Source: Eledone cirrhosa
Taxonomy: Eukaryota
Direction of reading: 5' to 3'
DNA: 64,000 bases
NCBI GenBank assembly: GCA_964016885.1
Contig: OZ024745.1
Span: forward strand, 129,704,001 to 129,768,000
Part shown: positions 38,977 to 53,080 of the stretch, in pieces
Layout: each line of letters opens with the position of its first letter
Position numbering within the stretch: position 1 is the stretch's first letter
Translations under genes and position numbers: made by a program
The notes under the pieces: generated by a model
Seen by the model: the letters and a program-made list of their open reading frames with translations, nothing else
Database searches by the model: none
What the model was told of the DNA's origin: nothing

Positions 38977-39010
38977 CTTGACGTTTCGGACGCTAGTTCT
39001 TCATCAGAAG
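38977..39010 (-). ncRNA. Minimal hammerhead ribozyme candidate of Penelope type
   Basis: Minus: ctt-CTGATGA-agaactagcgtcc-GAAA-C G TC-aag. Helix III is reduced to the ACGT palindrome and stem II is imperfect. Confidence 0.6.
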
Positions 39011-39825
39011 AAAGAATGAGAAATTAGAAAGATTGAAGGGATGGGCGTAGAGGAATCGGAAAAAATGTTTTTAGAGAAAATAACAGGTCTATTCATGTTG
39101 CTATCTCTTGGAAATATATTGATGCTGGCGTTTCATGTATGATATACTTTTGTTGGAAAAGTGAATGATGGAGCACGTCTAACCTAAATGGAAAAAAAAA
39201 TTGTTTTCTATATAGAGCTATACTTGTGCGCGTGCGTGCGCGTGCGCGTGTGTGTGTCTATGTGTGTGTGTGTGCATGTTATACGTCCGTACGAGAGAGA
39301 GAGAGCGAGATGTTTGTATATATGTGTGTGTCTGTGTTTGTGTGTTGGAGAATTAGTTGTAATAGGGATGCAAGTACCACAAATTGAGAAAGGGAAGTAA
39401 ATGCTATGAAGATAAGCCGGCGAAGGAGAGAGAGAGAGACAGAGAGAAAGCGAGAGAGATAGTGAGATAGAGAGATAGAGTGAATATGTGAATCAGTGAA
39501 TGTGAGAGAAAAGGAGTGCGTTAGTGAGAGGGAGAGAGTGAGGATAAGAGTAACAGAGAGAAAACAAAATGTAGAGAGAAATGGAGATAGAGATAGAGAA
39601 AGATAGATAGATAGACAGTGGGTGAGTGAGAAAGAGTGAAAGAGAGAGAGAGAGTGAGAGAGATAGAGAGATAGAAAGAGTGAGAGAGAGAGAGGGGGAG
39701 AGAGAGACATAGAATAGATAGAGAGAGAGTAAAAGAGAGAACAAAAAAGGAGAATGAGAGGGAGATAGAGATAGAGAAAGATTGATAGATAGACAGTAAC
39801 AGCGAAAGAGAGAAAGAGAATGAGA

Positions 39826-39909
<84 letters not shown>

Positions 39910-40486
39910 CAGATAATTATACAGACAGATATTAATAACTAAATAACGCCAAGCCTACAATATAAAGGCTTTGAATTATTTACTGAGAATACAGGAAGCC
40001 CATGAACCCAGCTTAACACAGACAGTCAATGATTGTATAGCAACATAGACATATTTTGCGATATTTTTGCTATTGTTTCATTCTCTGTACCGCCATATGC
40101 AAATATTACTCGGTCGGGTGAATCTTGTTTGCTATAGATGGCGGAAAAGAGGAATAAGAATGAGATAGACAGGTCTAGAGGGATATAGGAAGAGAGAAGG
40201 AAAAGGACCGAAAGAATATGATGGGGAGTGAGAAGTAGAAAGAAAAGGAGAGAGAGGGAGAATGAGAGAGAGACAGAGAGGAGGACAGTTAACAAATGTT
40301 TACAATTTCTATGTATGCCTTATTACCATTGCTTCACGGATTCATTGATCAACTCCGGGATTCACAAGGTATTTTAATTATTAATATTATTAGGTGGTGT
40401 AGGTGGTTTGGGGTGGGGGATTGGCACTATTGATACTGCCAATCCCACACAACTATTATTAATAACAACAATAATAATATTAATAA

Positions 40487-41050
40487 TAATTGTTTCTACT
40501 TTTGGCACAAGGCCAGCAATTACCCCAGTACATTACTGGTACTTTATTTTATCGACCCCGTAAGGATGAAAGGCAAAGTTAACCTCGGCAAGATTTGAAC
40601 TCATATCATAAAGGGCCGTAACTCTATGCTGCAAAGCATCCGATCCGACTCCCTACCGATACTGCCAATCCACCACCCCTATTATTAATAACAACCCTAA
40701 TAATATTAATAATTGTTTCTACTTTTGGCACAAGGCCAGCAATTTACCCAGTACATTACTGGTACTTTATTTTATCGACCCCGTAAGGATGAAAGGCAAA
40801 GTTAACCTCGGCGGGATTTGAACTCAGATCGTAAAGGGACTTAACTATGCTGGAAAGCATGTCCGTCCCTCTACCGATTTGCCAATCCACCGCCCTAATA
40901 ATATTAATAATAAGTGTTTCTACATTTGGCACAAGGCCAGCAATTACCCAGTACATAACTGGTACTTCATTTTATCGACCCCGAAAGGATGAAAGGCAAA
41001 GTTAACCTCGGCAGGATTTGAACTCAGAATGGCAAGGGCCGTAATTCTAT
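40487..41050 (-). mobile_element. Three tandem SINE family 1 copies
   Basis: Units at 40487, 40710 and 40911 separated by AAT-rich linkers. Confidence 0.9.
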
Positions 41051-41322
41051 GTGTCAAAGATAATGGTATATAACAATAATAACATTAATGACGCAACACC
41101 ACCACTACCACCGTAGCTACCAAAATAATAAAACTTGAATAAATTAACATAGAAAGTAAAAAAGGGGACAGAAGGAGCTCGTTTGATGAAAGTGTTTTTA
41201 CAGCGCATGTCGTTAACATATTGATAATAGCGTTTTGATTTAGTATATATATATTTTTTTTTTCCACCTGAAACTAATATACAGGCCCACGCTTCCAGAC
41301 ACATGCACACACACAAACATAC

Positions 41323-41456
<134 letters not shown>

Positions 41457-42336
41457 CAATGTTGTAATCACATGTACTCATAGTGCACTCTTCCTTTAAG
41501 TTACGTGCATTTGCACTAGACTTCGAAATATAAATGACTCATACATACGAGTGAGTGTCTGCGTGAATGTCTTTACTTTCGTATATGTGGCATTAAAACC
41601 ACAGCAAGCTTTATATTTAATACCTTTAATTAGAAATGTCCCCTATTCTATTACGCATCATTTACGAATACTTTGGAACAGTAGCTATTTTAAGATCATT
41701 AGAATTTCAAGATCTTTCTCGTTGCAAAACCTCAATGAAATTATTTAAATAATGGATGTTATTTGTGCACTTTGCAGTCGTGGCTTTATCTCATGGGAAT
41801 AATGTTTTAACTGATATAAACTTCATCCTCGCATTAACTTCTAATAATTTTCATGGTGTATATTACACCTGAAATAAACGCTTTTTATTTACAAGGATGA
41901 TCTTATAATATAATTTCCATAGCCTTTTGCTACCTATTATAAAGTGCGCAAAAAAAAATAAAACACTACACCGTTATTATCATTTTGCTAATGAGACCAA
42001 CAATATCTTGAACATTTAATGGTTTTCCTACTGCCATATTCCAAAGGAATAAAGGACAAATGTGTGCGAGTGTGTGTGTGTGGGGGGGGGGGGGGGGGGT
42101 ATGTGGATGACTGTATGTAGATGTGTGTGCATGTGTTTGTAAATACATTAGACTCCTAAATTATTCACTCATTGTAAAATATTTCCGGCTTCTGAGTATA
42201 CAAACTCCTTTGAAGCAAATGCTATTCAATGTTAGATGGAACATACTACAGACTTTCAGAATAACACCATTAACCTATTTATGGCATAAAAATAGGATTT
42301 TACTATTTAACGATTTAACGCTTTATATTTTCTTCA

Positions 42337-42945
42337 TTGATAGATCACATCTCCTATACAATGGGCATATGGTTAGAATGTCTCACTAAAGAATGGCTGG
42401 ACAGATTTTACGGGAAAAACGAAACAGCAGGAGACCCAGGGGTAAACCTCGCGCAAGATGATTGGATAACATCCATGAGCTTCGTTGGATTTGCTGGGGA
42501 TCCAGCCGGATCAGTTGGAGATGATTGCTTTTGGAAGGAGTGTTTGTGGACTCTGCCTCCACCACCCTCTCAGGAATAAGTGACAATGATAATAACGACG
42601 AAGCTGAATAGATGTGGACATACTTATGAGGAGGATTCTAACAATCTCTGACGATCAGTGTTAAGTAAATATCTGGTTAACTAGGCAACTGGAAAGTTTA
42701 TTTCCAAAGGGCAGGTGTGGTGAAGGATGGGGTTCCAGTCGGATTAGTTGGAAATGGTTGTTCCTGACAGGACCCGTTGGAAAGGGTTGCTTGTGACGGT
42801 ACCCTCTGGAAAACGTGTTTGATGACTCTACCCTCTTCCTCCACGACACACTCAGGAATAATAGGGCGAAGAAGAAGAAGAAGAAGAAGAAGAAGAAGAA
42901 GAAGAAGAAGAAGAAGAAGAAGAAGAAGAAGAAGAAGAAGAAGAA
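42337..42945 (+). mobile_element. Two RTE-clade LINE 3' fragments (42337-42580, 42725-42868) with a (GAA)n tail
   Basis: IDRSHLLYNGHMVRMS*RMA.QIL...RRPRGKPRAR*LDNIHEL. Both end ctcaggaataa; the second is followed by (GAA)n. Confidence 0.75.
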
Positions 42946-43155
42946 TTTTCCTCATTTACAATTTGATTGATTACATGATTAACTGGATCAAATGAACCAA
43001 AACAGACTTTTTGCCAATTCAGATCGTCTTTAATTACGAGACAAGTTAAAAATATGCCTCCCATATTAAGAAGAGCGGCATTTTAATACAGAATTGCACA
43101 AATAAGAAATATGAATATGATGCAATATTAAGAGATAAAGTTTTCATTATTAAGA

Positions 43156-43220
43156 CTCAATCATGTCAATCATGACTCAATCATGACAATCATGACTCAA
43201 TCATGACAATCATGACAATC
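43156..43220. repeat. Short tandem repeat of caatcatga(ct)
   Basis: About 6-7 units of 9/11 bp. Confidence 0.85.
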
Positions 43221-43304
43221 CATTTGGTGTTACTTGAAACGTACAAGGAACTAATTTTATCATTGTAAAAATAAACAAAACTAACACACTGTCCAATCGA
43301 AAAT

Positions 43305-43507
43305 AGGCCCAACCTTCCAAGTAACTTCCAATTAAAGTTCGAGGGGTGGGGGAACAGTTCCTGGCTCTGGCTAAATGAAAATAGAGGAGGATCAGTTAAT
43401 TAAGATTTTATTCAACACATTCCCCTCTCAGATTCACACAATTATTGCAGAGGACCTTCAGTTATTCTAAGTCATATAAAAAGAAAGTTACTTGGAAGGT
43501 TGGGCCT
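43305..43507. mobile_element. MITE-like element with perfect 23-bp inverted repeats
   Basis: aggcccaaccttccaagtaactt (43305-27) / aagttacttggaaggttgggcct (43485-507). The interior resembles mariner subterminal sequence. Confidence 0.65.
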
Positions 43508-44082
43508 CCAGCCTGGCCTCTGTATCAACGATCAAGGAACTTTTCAGCACCATCTCGTATATGAATTGGCCTAAGTTGACATAGAGGAGTTTGTACATGT
43601 GCAAAATTGTCACTAAATTTAATGATAAATTAAGACTCTGTTTAATTAATTAAGTTGAACAGCAATCCAAGGTAATATGGCCGGCTTTTTGACATTTTAA
43701 CAGCAATATTTCGGACTCTGTCTTTCCACACGAGGTTGACAAGATCATCCAACCTGCTGCCGTGGCTTCTTCAAAAGAACTGCATTGGATGCTTTTATTG
43801 TAACAAAAAAAAAAAAAGAAGAAAAGTCGCAGTGTATTTAACGGAAATGTCTGAATTTGTTGCTCGCCGGACATTGTATTTATAACAATATGATATATCT
43901 GCGTGGGATATCCATTTATTTATCATAAGAATTGGCTACTGTACGTCAGTATCATAGATACCAACAATCTGGCGACCACAAAGAGCGATATTTATTTAAT
44001 CCGCGAAGGAGGATTTCACCGTTTTGTTCTGCATCTCTTTGATTTCAAAGGCCATTTTGCGGGCCAAGAGAATGGATTTTTG

Positions 44083-44133
<51 letters not shown>

Positions 44134-44280
44134 ACATTCATATATATATAACACATTTGGCAAATTAACATATACTTTCCTAGGTACAAGATATGTTCCG
44201 TAGCAAGCTGATGATATAGTTGCTTCGTTATTCAGCCAAAATGGAAAGTGTGTGTATATATACATATATATATATATATG

Positions 44281-44406
44281 AAAAATTCACCCTGAGAGCT
44301 GGAGCTCGGCCGTTGGGGTCCTGAATTTTTCATATTAGCCACTCTTCTACCCCAAGTATCGAGTAATCTGGTGAGTTATGGTCTAACTTGTTTTTACCAC
44401 CTCTAT

Positions 44407-44410
<4 letters not shown>
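44281..44410 (+). mobile_element. Family B truncated copy in (TA)n
   Basis: gctggagctcggccgttggggtcctga...ccactcttctacccc.agtatcgagta.tctggtg. Confidence 0.7.
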
Positions 44411-44447
<37 letters not shown>

Positions 44448-44881
44448 ATATATTGAGTTAGAAACTTAAAATAGTCTCTTACAATTAAATAGCTCAAGGA
44501 AAAAAAAATTTCCGGGCCTTGTAATATAATTGAATATAAAAGAGAGATAAACACAGATATATACATATATGTGTTCAAATCGTAAGGGACCAGATTCGCG
44601 AGGGTAAAAAAAAAAACTAACTATGAGCAATGCGGTTTGCTAGACTCAATTTAAAAGAATACATTTTTAAAAAAGTACAAACCGAAATTGTGACAATTGT
44701 CAATTGTACATTCAGACAGCTTTTGGCAATGTTCTTTCGCAATTAAGTGAACGGGAATGACCAATTCTATTGCTCAGTGGATGGGGATTTAGTAAACCCT
44801 TCACTTCTAAGTATCTCAGAAGACTGAATGAGGAGCTTGTTAAAAATAACGCACATGGCATCCATAGCCTAACGTGTCTCG

Positions 44882-44973
<92 letters not shown>

Positions 44974-45102
44974 GAAAACAGGGAGAAAAAGACGATTATT
45001 AGGAAGAACAATTTTTTTTCCATTTTATTTTCACCCTCTTTTTTCTGGGTTAGAAAATGATTAAAACGAAATATTTTACTTTGTGTGAAGTGTTAAGGTT
45101 TA

Positions 45103-45320
45103 AGCGGGGCTCAGTGATTAGAGAATTGGAATCGCAATCGTGAGGTTGTGAGTTCGATTCCCAGACCGGATGTTGCGTTATGTTCTTGAGCAAGACACTT
45201 CATTTCACGTTGCTCCTTCTACCAGGAGTTGCGACCGATAGATATTATTAGCAATTGGAAAGACCACCGGAAACATTGTTTCCTCGGTCCGATTTGACAA
45301 AAGTCATTCGACTGTCGATA
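45103..45320 (+). mobile_element. SINE family 2
   Basis: A/B boxes and cttgagcaagacacttcatttcac. Confidence 0.8.
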
Positions 45321-46201
45321 TATATATGTTTTGATGTACAAAGGAAATACAGTTTATTCATTCATTCGAAGATACTGTTCAGCATAGATGCAAACACATA
45401 CACATATAAACAAATACACTCCCATACACACATATACACACATATACACTCACTGACACATACACACACATTAATATATAATGTTAAATCAAATATATAT
45501 TACATTGTATTAGCAATTATGAAATAAGCGTAGAAATATGTAAATCAATATTGCTTTTTTTTAATCGTTTAGTTGGGAATGGGGAGGTGGAAAATGAACG
45601 CTAATAGGGTGAAAAGTTTGGGGCAGGTTTGTCGCGCGTATGCAATGGTGGACATTATTAATTTTCTTTCTTCATTTCCTTATCTGTTGTAACAAAGAAA
45701 TTTCATCGCTAAGGTGTTTATCTACACATCCATTATTCATTCAAACTTTCTGTCCCAGCACATAAATGTTGCATGCACTGATAATTACGTTCCCTTATTT
45801 TCTACAACGCAAGCTAATGTTGTATCATAAGAGGATGGCTGATGGTGGAGGGTAGGGAAAGTATGTTGGCTTATCTGGGTGGATTTGCACACCTCCTTTA
45901 TTACTTTTCTATCCATATAATACCTCAATCGTTCCGTTTTCGTTTCGTCATCCACCAATTGGATGACAACACAGCATTAAAAAATAAGAGAATACACATT
46001 ATGTAAATAATTATATCTTTCCCACTGAAAATAATATAACCTTCTTTGTATATATATATATATATGTGTGTGTGTATGTATATATATATGTGTGTGTATA
46101 TATATATGTATATATATATACACACACATATATATACAGTGGGAAAGATATAATTATTTACATAATGTGTATTCTTATTTTTTTTAATGCTTTGATGTCA
46201 C

Positions 46202-46267
<66 letters not shown>

Positions 46268-46789
46268 GTCTGTGTGCGTGTATATATATAAATATGTGTG
46301 TGTGTGTGTGTGCGCGCGCGTGTTTGTATATATAATACGCGCACATACATCCACATACATGCATATTTAAACATAAACACATATACATATACACGTACAC
46401 ACATGCATATATGTGTGTGTTTATGTGTATGTGCATGCACGTATGTGTGCATGCGTATATGTGTATATATGTGCATGTGTTTCTAAGTGCATATGTGTGT
46501 GTGAGTGTGTGTCTGTGTGTATGTGTGTATGTGTGTGTGTGCATGTGTGTATGTGTGTGTGTATGTGTGTATGTGTGTGCAGTGCTATTGTGAATGGAAT
46601 AAACCGAAAATCAATTGTAGTCCGCTTGATCCCTTTGTGGAGTATTTCATTTCTTTGTTGTTGTTGTTGTTATTGCTGCCGTAGTTTTTATTTTATTTTA
46701 TTCCTATTTTTTTTTATTTGCTATAGTTTTGCTGTCGTTTATTTCTAAGGCTTGTCCTTGTTTGTTTCTTATCGGATTTCTTGCCGTTG

Positions 46790-46977
46790 GTGAATTGGCA
46801 GTATCGGTAGAGGATCGGACGCCATTCTTTGATGCATAGAGTTACGTCCCTTTACGGTCTGAGTTCAAATACCGCCGAGGTTAACTTTGCCTTTCATCCT
46901 TACGGGGTCGATAAATTAAAGTACGAGTAATTCACTGGGGTAATTGCTGGCCTTGTGCCAAAAGTAGAAACAATTAT
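46790..46977 (+). mobile_element. SINE family 1, full length
   Basis: Consensus match. Confidence 0.9.
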
Positions 46978-47499
46978 TCCTAGTAATAGTAGCAGCAGCA
47001 GTAATAGTTGTAGTATAGTTGTGAATCATGTTTTAAATATTATTGAAAATCGTGACAACTGCAAATTAACTAGTATCTTTTTGTAAAATTAATTCATCAG
47101 TTATAACAGTCGTATTACATGACACGTCTTTTATATCAAACCTCACGCAAAACTTTCTTCTTACTCAATATCAATAGTTAGTTAGTTAGAACCCGTACAC
47201 GCATTGCTTGTTCTTGCATTTCAGGTTATCTATGTCGTACAGTTCTTAAGTTGATCCACTACGATTCTTTCATTGATATCCTTGGAACACGGATTATTGG
47301 CCTGAATCTCTCTCTCTCTCTGTACATATATATACATATATATATATATACATTCATTTATATATATACATATATGTATGATATATATATATATGTATAT
47401 ATGCATATATATATATGTACATATATGTATAATATATATATATGTATATATGTACATATATGTATAATATATATGTATATATGCATATATATATATATA

Positions 47500-47576
<77 letters not shown>

Positions 47577-47994
47577 CCTGGACCTTTCCGACGGAATTAC
47601 TTCATATATATATATATATATATAATGATATACATATTCCAGAAAGGTACTAAGTACCTCCGGAAATGTACATGGTATCTATAATAATTGTTGTTCAATG
47701 GTACTAATTTGAGATACAGAACTATAAAAATGAGCAGAACAAGTAAACATTAAATAATATTTCAAATAAATAAAAATAGGATTTAAATATTCACCTGTTC
47801 TAATGCTGTTACCGACGGTTTCGCTTATCAAAATTGGAAATTCAGAGATTTCCATTCTACAGGGTACAATATTTACAACTTGTAAATATATCGCTTCCTG
47901 CCCGATGCATGAGGTCAGGCCGTTAAAGTGACCCAAAGATAAATAGGCCGTAAGTAAAAGCGGGATTATAGACTCGTTGATATTTCATGCTACA

Positions 47995-48026
<32 letters not shown>

Positions 48027-48176
48027 TTTTTATTACTCACACTCTCTCTATTGATTCTATTACGTTTTCGCATGTTCTCAATATTAGGGTATAAATATTG
48101 AGTTTTATCATAAGTTAATCACTACCTTGATTAAATATTAACCATCTAACATGTCAGGGTATGTCATGTATCATTT

Positions 48177-48243
48177 TATTTTATCTGATGAGGACGTACT
48201 GTTGAACTTGATTCAGTACCTCTGAAATATGTATAATAAAATA
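48177..48243 (+). ncRNA. Type-I hammerhead ribozyme candidate within a (TA)n-flanked element (about 48021-48367), related to family A
   Basis: tattttat-CTGATGA(48185-91)-gga c gtactg..cagtac c tct-GAAA(48224-27)-T ATGT A TA-ataaaata, with a perfect 8-bp helix I. Confidence 0.8.
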
Positions 48244-48420
48244 TAATTGATCACAAGAATATCTATTTTGTTAATATTTGAATTAATATTAATAACTCTG
48301 TAAAATATCTACTGTAGAGTGCTTCCAATCTACTGTACAACTCATTTAATCTTGTTTAACTCTTTAATATATATATATATATACATATATATATACATAT
48401 ATATATACATATATATATAT

Positions 48421-48478
48421 ACAGTGGGTCCTCGATATACGGTAGTTCTTTGTCCGGTAAATTCACAGATACGGTTGT
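48421..48478 (+). mobile_element. Tigger/pogo-like terminal fragment
   Basis: TA-cagtgggtcctcgatatacg resembles pogo-family TIR starts. Confidence 0.4.
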
Positions 48479-48489
48479 ATATATATATA

Positions 48490-48798
48490 AGAAATTTAGT
48501 TTTTTTTTACAAATTGAAAAAAAAAACGAGACGTCCTACACGAGTGAAAGTAGTAGGAAAAAAGATGAAATCGAAAATGCAACTGGAGTCTTTTAAGAAT
48601 ATTTAATTGGTTTCTTTACTGGTTTCTCAGTTTTTGTGCTTTTCAAAAGTAGAATTGAGATGTATGCGAGAAAAACCACGAACCCTCCATCTCAAATCTA
48701 CTTTTGAAAAGCGCGAGAACTGCGAAACCGGTAAAGGAACCAAATAAATATTCTTAAAAAGACTCCAGTTGCATTTTCGATTTCCTCATTTTTCGCTA
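48490..48798. mobile_element. Family D fold-back (copy 1) with variant HHR at 48701-48736
   Basis: Inverted arms about 48566-48662 and 48688-48790. ctt-TTGAAAA-gcg..tgc-GAAA-CCGG-TA-aag. Homologous to 52751-53085. Confidence 0.75.
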
Positions 48799-48877
48799 TA
48801 TATCTATCTATCTATCTATCTATCTATCTCTCTCTCTATATATATATATTCATTTATATGTATATCTATATATCTTC

Positions 48878-48915
<38 letters not shown>

Positions 48916-48940
48916 GAAGATAGATATATTTACATATAAA

Positions 48941-48980
<40 letters not shown>

Positions 48981-49065
48981 CAATATTAAATAAATGGAAA
49001 CTATATTTATAAAACCATATTTATTTCATTATATATATTTCAGGGATATCATATTAACAATATGC
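48981..49065 (-). mobile_element. Family A fragment
   Basis: aaatggaaactatatttataaaaccatatttatttc matches 26499-26534. Confidence 0.75.
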
Positions 49066-49203
49066 TATATATATATGTATATATATATCTTCATATATAT
49101 ATATATCTTCATATATATATATATATATCTTCATATATATATATATATCTTCATATATATATATACATATATATATATATTCATATGTATATATATATAT
49201 ATC

Positions 49204-49310
<107 letters not shown>

Positions 49311-49827
49311 GTATATATGTATATGGATAAATATAAAAAGTAATACACTTAGAAAGACACACACCTAATCATATATATATTTGTATGCATGTATGTAAGA
49401 TTATTTTCCTAAACTACACCAATGCAAATAGAACATAACCTTAAATTTCGAACACAATATTGAGAAATTTATTGAAATAATACCTTAGGAATATTCCAAG
49501 GAACTACAGCAAAACGGAAACCTGCTTTAGTTTGCTATGGAAGAACTTGTTAAATTCGACCTAGAAAGAAACCGCAGATTTCCATTATACTGCAGTACCT
49601 GAGATAATTTGATAAAAGAGTAAAATAACTGCTGCAAATTTAACGATTAATTAATTTCCTAGTTACTTTTCATTACGTTTATTAATAATGGTTTTACTAC
49701 TTTACTATTTAATATGTTTGTAAAACTGTAGCTTTGTAGAATAATGGTTTCTTTATTTTCCTCATTTATTCAAGAAAACTACCACATTCATCAACACAGA
49801 CACGCACATATACACAAACGCACACAT

Positions 49828-49858
<31 letters not shown>

Positions 49859-49984
49859 CACACACAGACACACACATATATATATACACACACAGACACA
49901 CACGAACGTACAAACACACACAAACCTATCTATACATATATATGTCTCTGTCGCTCTGTCTCTATGCCTTTCCCCTGTATAAAA

Positions 49985-50065
<81 letters not shown>

Positions 50066-50982
50066 GGAGGGTGCGTGGGTGTGTGTATGTATATATACAC
50101 GAGCATAATATCAGACATCACAAATAGCTATAAATGATTTAGAGCGCATAAACGTGCTACAAATAAATGTCAATCTGAATAGCGTGTTTGATAATATAAA
50201 TCAGTAAAGTTTTATGGCTAATTCATGCATGATAAATAAGAAGACACCATTAACCGAAAATAAAAATGGTTTTCAATTTGTTTGAAAGAATTATTGAACC
50301 AAATATCATCATTCATACTATAAGAATTAATTTTTAGTTAGCGTATTAACAGGGTAACAATGCAGCTACCTATGTAACTTCAGAGGATTGCAAAGATTGG
50401 AAAAGGAAGAACCAGACACCCTCAAACTAAAGGCGTTTGAATAATTCACACATCGACCATGTTTTTATGCTAATCCGGGCGACTGATTACGTCTAGGATC
50501 CAGGTACGACATATGAATAGTATCCAGTAAGCAAAATACACGTAAAAATAAAACATGACATCTCTACTGTTTCTTTAACAATTTCTACAAACTACTCCAC
50601 TGAATTTGTATCGATGTTGAAAAGATGAAATGCAAAGTTTATCTTGGCGATTTCAAAAAAACTTCTGCTAGAGATTTTGACCGAAGCATTCCCAACAATT
50701 TGCCGCCTATCACTTAACAATGTATAGTAACTAGAATAAGGGGAGATATATAAACCATAAAGAAAATAAGTAAAAATCTGTGTAATCAGAGGAACACAGA
50801 AATATTCACGCACATATTTCAAATTTGGCTTTATTACTTCGGTTACCAATGAGAACATATTTATCTGAAATGCATTTGAACATGATGCAATGAAGACTTT
50901 GAAGATGAAAAACCACCTTGATAAATGATATTTCCGTTACAATATAACGCTCTTACAATTATGTAATATACTATATATATAA

Positions 50983-51198
50983 GGGTTTCTAATTAGAGCA
51001 CATGGCCAACAATTTATTGGGAGGGAAAAATCGATTAAATCGAACTCTGTGCGTTACTGGTAATTTATTTTATCAATCAAGAAAGAATGAAAGGCAAAGC
51101 TAACCTCGGCAGGATTTGAACTCAAATAGTAAAGGGGCATAACTCTATGCCGTAAAGCATGTTGTCCAATGCTCTACTGATACTGCCAATCCACCGCT
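50983..51198 (-). mobile_element. SINE family 1
   Basis: Reverse-complement consensus. Confidence 0.85.
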
Positions 51199-51571
51199 CT
51201 AATCATTATCTATAACAGGCAGATTGTTGTTGTTGTTGTTGTTGTGTGTGTGTGTGTTTGCATGTTCCATGTTTATACATTTGCACAATTCCAAACCGAT
51301 TCGACTCAAAGTCTGTAAGAATGTTGTAAATGGTTTGACTGAGGTCAACAACTATTTATTTCATTCAAACTCACCCACAATTACGGAAATAATCGATAAA
51401 ACTAAATACATGACGCTTTACCCCTCTAATACAATCAGATAGCCTCTCTCTACTCTTCTTAAAATTCGATAAAACTACATACATGCTGCAAATTTCTCTA
51501 ATATACGATTAAACTTACAAACTTTAAGAGAGAAAGAGAGAGAGAGTAAGAGGGAGAGAGAGAGTGAGAGG

Positions 51572-51607
<36 letters not shown>

Positions 51608-52162
51608 GAGAAGTTTGTTTTTTAGTGTGGAACGGTCAAACATTTATTTACTTCAATGACAAAGAGAACTTATTACATTTCATACGAAACAACAATTATT
51701 CAAAAGCAACAGATAAATTTATTCAACAACAAAAAATATAGCGACAAATCTTTTTTAAAACATCTATCAACGAACGTGGAAGAAAGAAGTATCAGTTTAT
51801 TTACTATACACAATAATATCCTCTATGAGGTCACTAAACCTGCTAGAAACAGCAGCTAACTCTCCCCCATATCACACCCCTCCCTACCGTCTTAAATTTA
51901 GAAAACACACATTAGACAACCATCGCAGCTCTGTTGTTCGGTTGGCATCGTCTACGCGCGTGTTGTGCAAGTACTGTGAAACAATAAATTTCAACACTTC
52001 TTTGCACAGAGATAATATCCATAGGCGAAACTACAATTGTCACTGCTGGCGCAGCTCCTGCTTCGGCAGTCCAGGTCTGCAATTCATTCACCCAGTGCCT
52101 GGCAGACAAAAAAGTGCTACCATAAAATGGGTGGTGTAACCTGACTTTGGTAACTTACTGAC

Positions 52163-52191
52163 CCCGAGCAACGCCGGGCTTTAATGCTAGT
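52163..52191 (+). mobile_element. Helitron 3' terminus
   Basis: GC hairpin cccgagcaacgccggg (52163-78), then 8 nt, then CTAG|T. The 5' end was not located. Confidence 0.65.
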
Positions 52192-52537
52192 ACTATATAT
52201 ATTAAAGACTTTTTCAAATGATTGTGTGCTCTCCATTCATGGTACCATCTCTTGGAAACTGTTCATGCTGGCATTCTGTATACGTTATACTTTTTTAGAA
52301 AAGTGGATGATGGAGCGCATCATTCTGAAAGGGGAAAATAACCGTTTTGTATATAGGGCTATACATGTACGCGTGCATATATGTGAGTGCGTGTATGTGT
52401 ATGTTATTACACGTACGGTCGAATCTAAGAGGTTATGTGTGCGTATATGTAAGTAGAAGAGTGTGTATGTTTGCTTGAGAGATGTGAGCAAAATGATGCT
52501 ATTGTAAGGGAGTGTGCATATATATATAAGTATATAT

Positions 52538-52697
52538 AGGAAATAGGAAAAGAGTCAGGACCCCGACGGCTGCACTCCGGCTGTTTCGACAACTATTTCG
52601 GGGTTCTGGCTCTTTTCCTATTACCCACTCTACTACCAATAGTATCGAGTACTCTGGTGCGTTACGGTCCACCTGGTTCCTTACCACACTACCTTCG

Positions 52698-52700
<3 letters not shown>
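52538..52700 (+). mobile_element. Family B fold-back with collapsed centre
   Basis: aggaaaagagtcaggacccc..gggttctggctcttttcct plus family B tail into (TA)n. Confidence 0.7.
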
Positions 52701-52750
<50 letters not shown>

Positions 52751-52755
<5 letters not shown>

Positions 52756-53080
52756 GTGAGGTTTTTTTTTACAAAATGAAAAATAACCGAGGTGCCCTAC
52801 ATGAGTGGAAGTATAAAGAAAAAGGGATGAAATCGAAAATGCAACTGAAGTCTTATTTTTTTTTAAAATATATATATTTATTTGGTTCCTTTACCGGTTT
52901 CGCAGTTCTTCTGCTTTTCAAAAGGTGAGTTGAGATGGAGGGTCTAACCACAGACCCTCCATCTCAACTCACCTTTTGAAAAGCAGAAGAACTGCGAAAC
53001 CGGTAAAGGAACCAAATAAATATATATATTTTTAAAAAAAATAAGACTTCAGTTGCATTTTCGATTTCATCCCTTTTTCT

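Noticed and set aside
47810-47866. HHR-like motif on the minus strand (tacc-CTGTAGA...GAAA CCG TC-ggta)
   Set aside because: Core A6 is mutated and the stem II base is unpaired; at best a decayed ribozyme, so it was not counted
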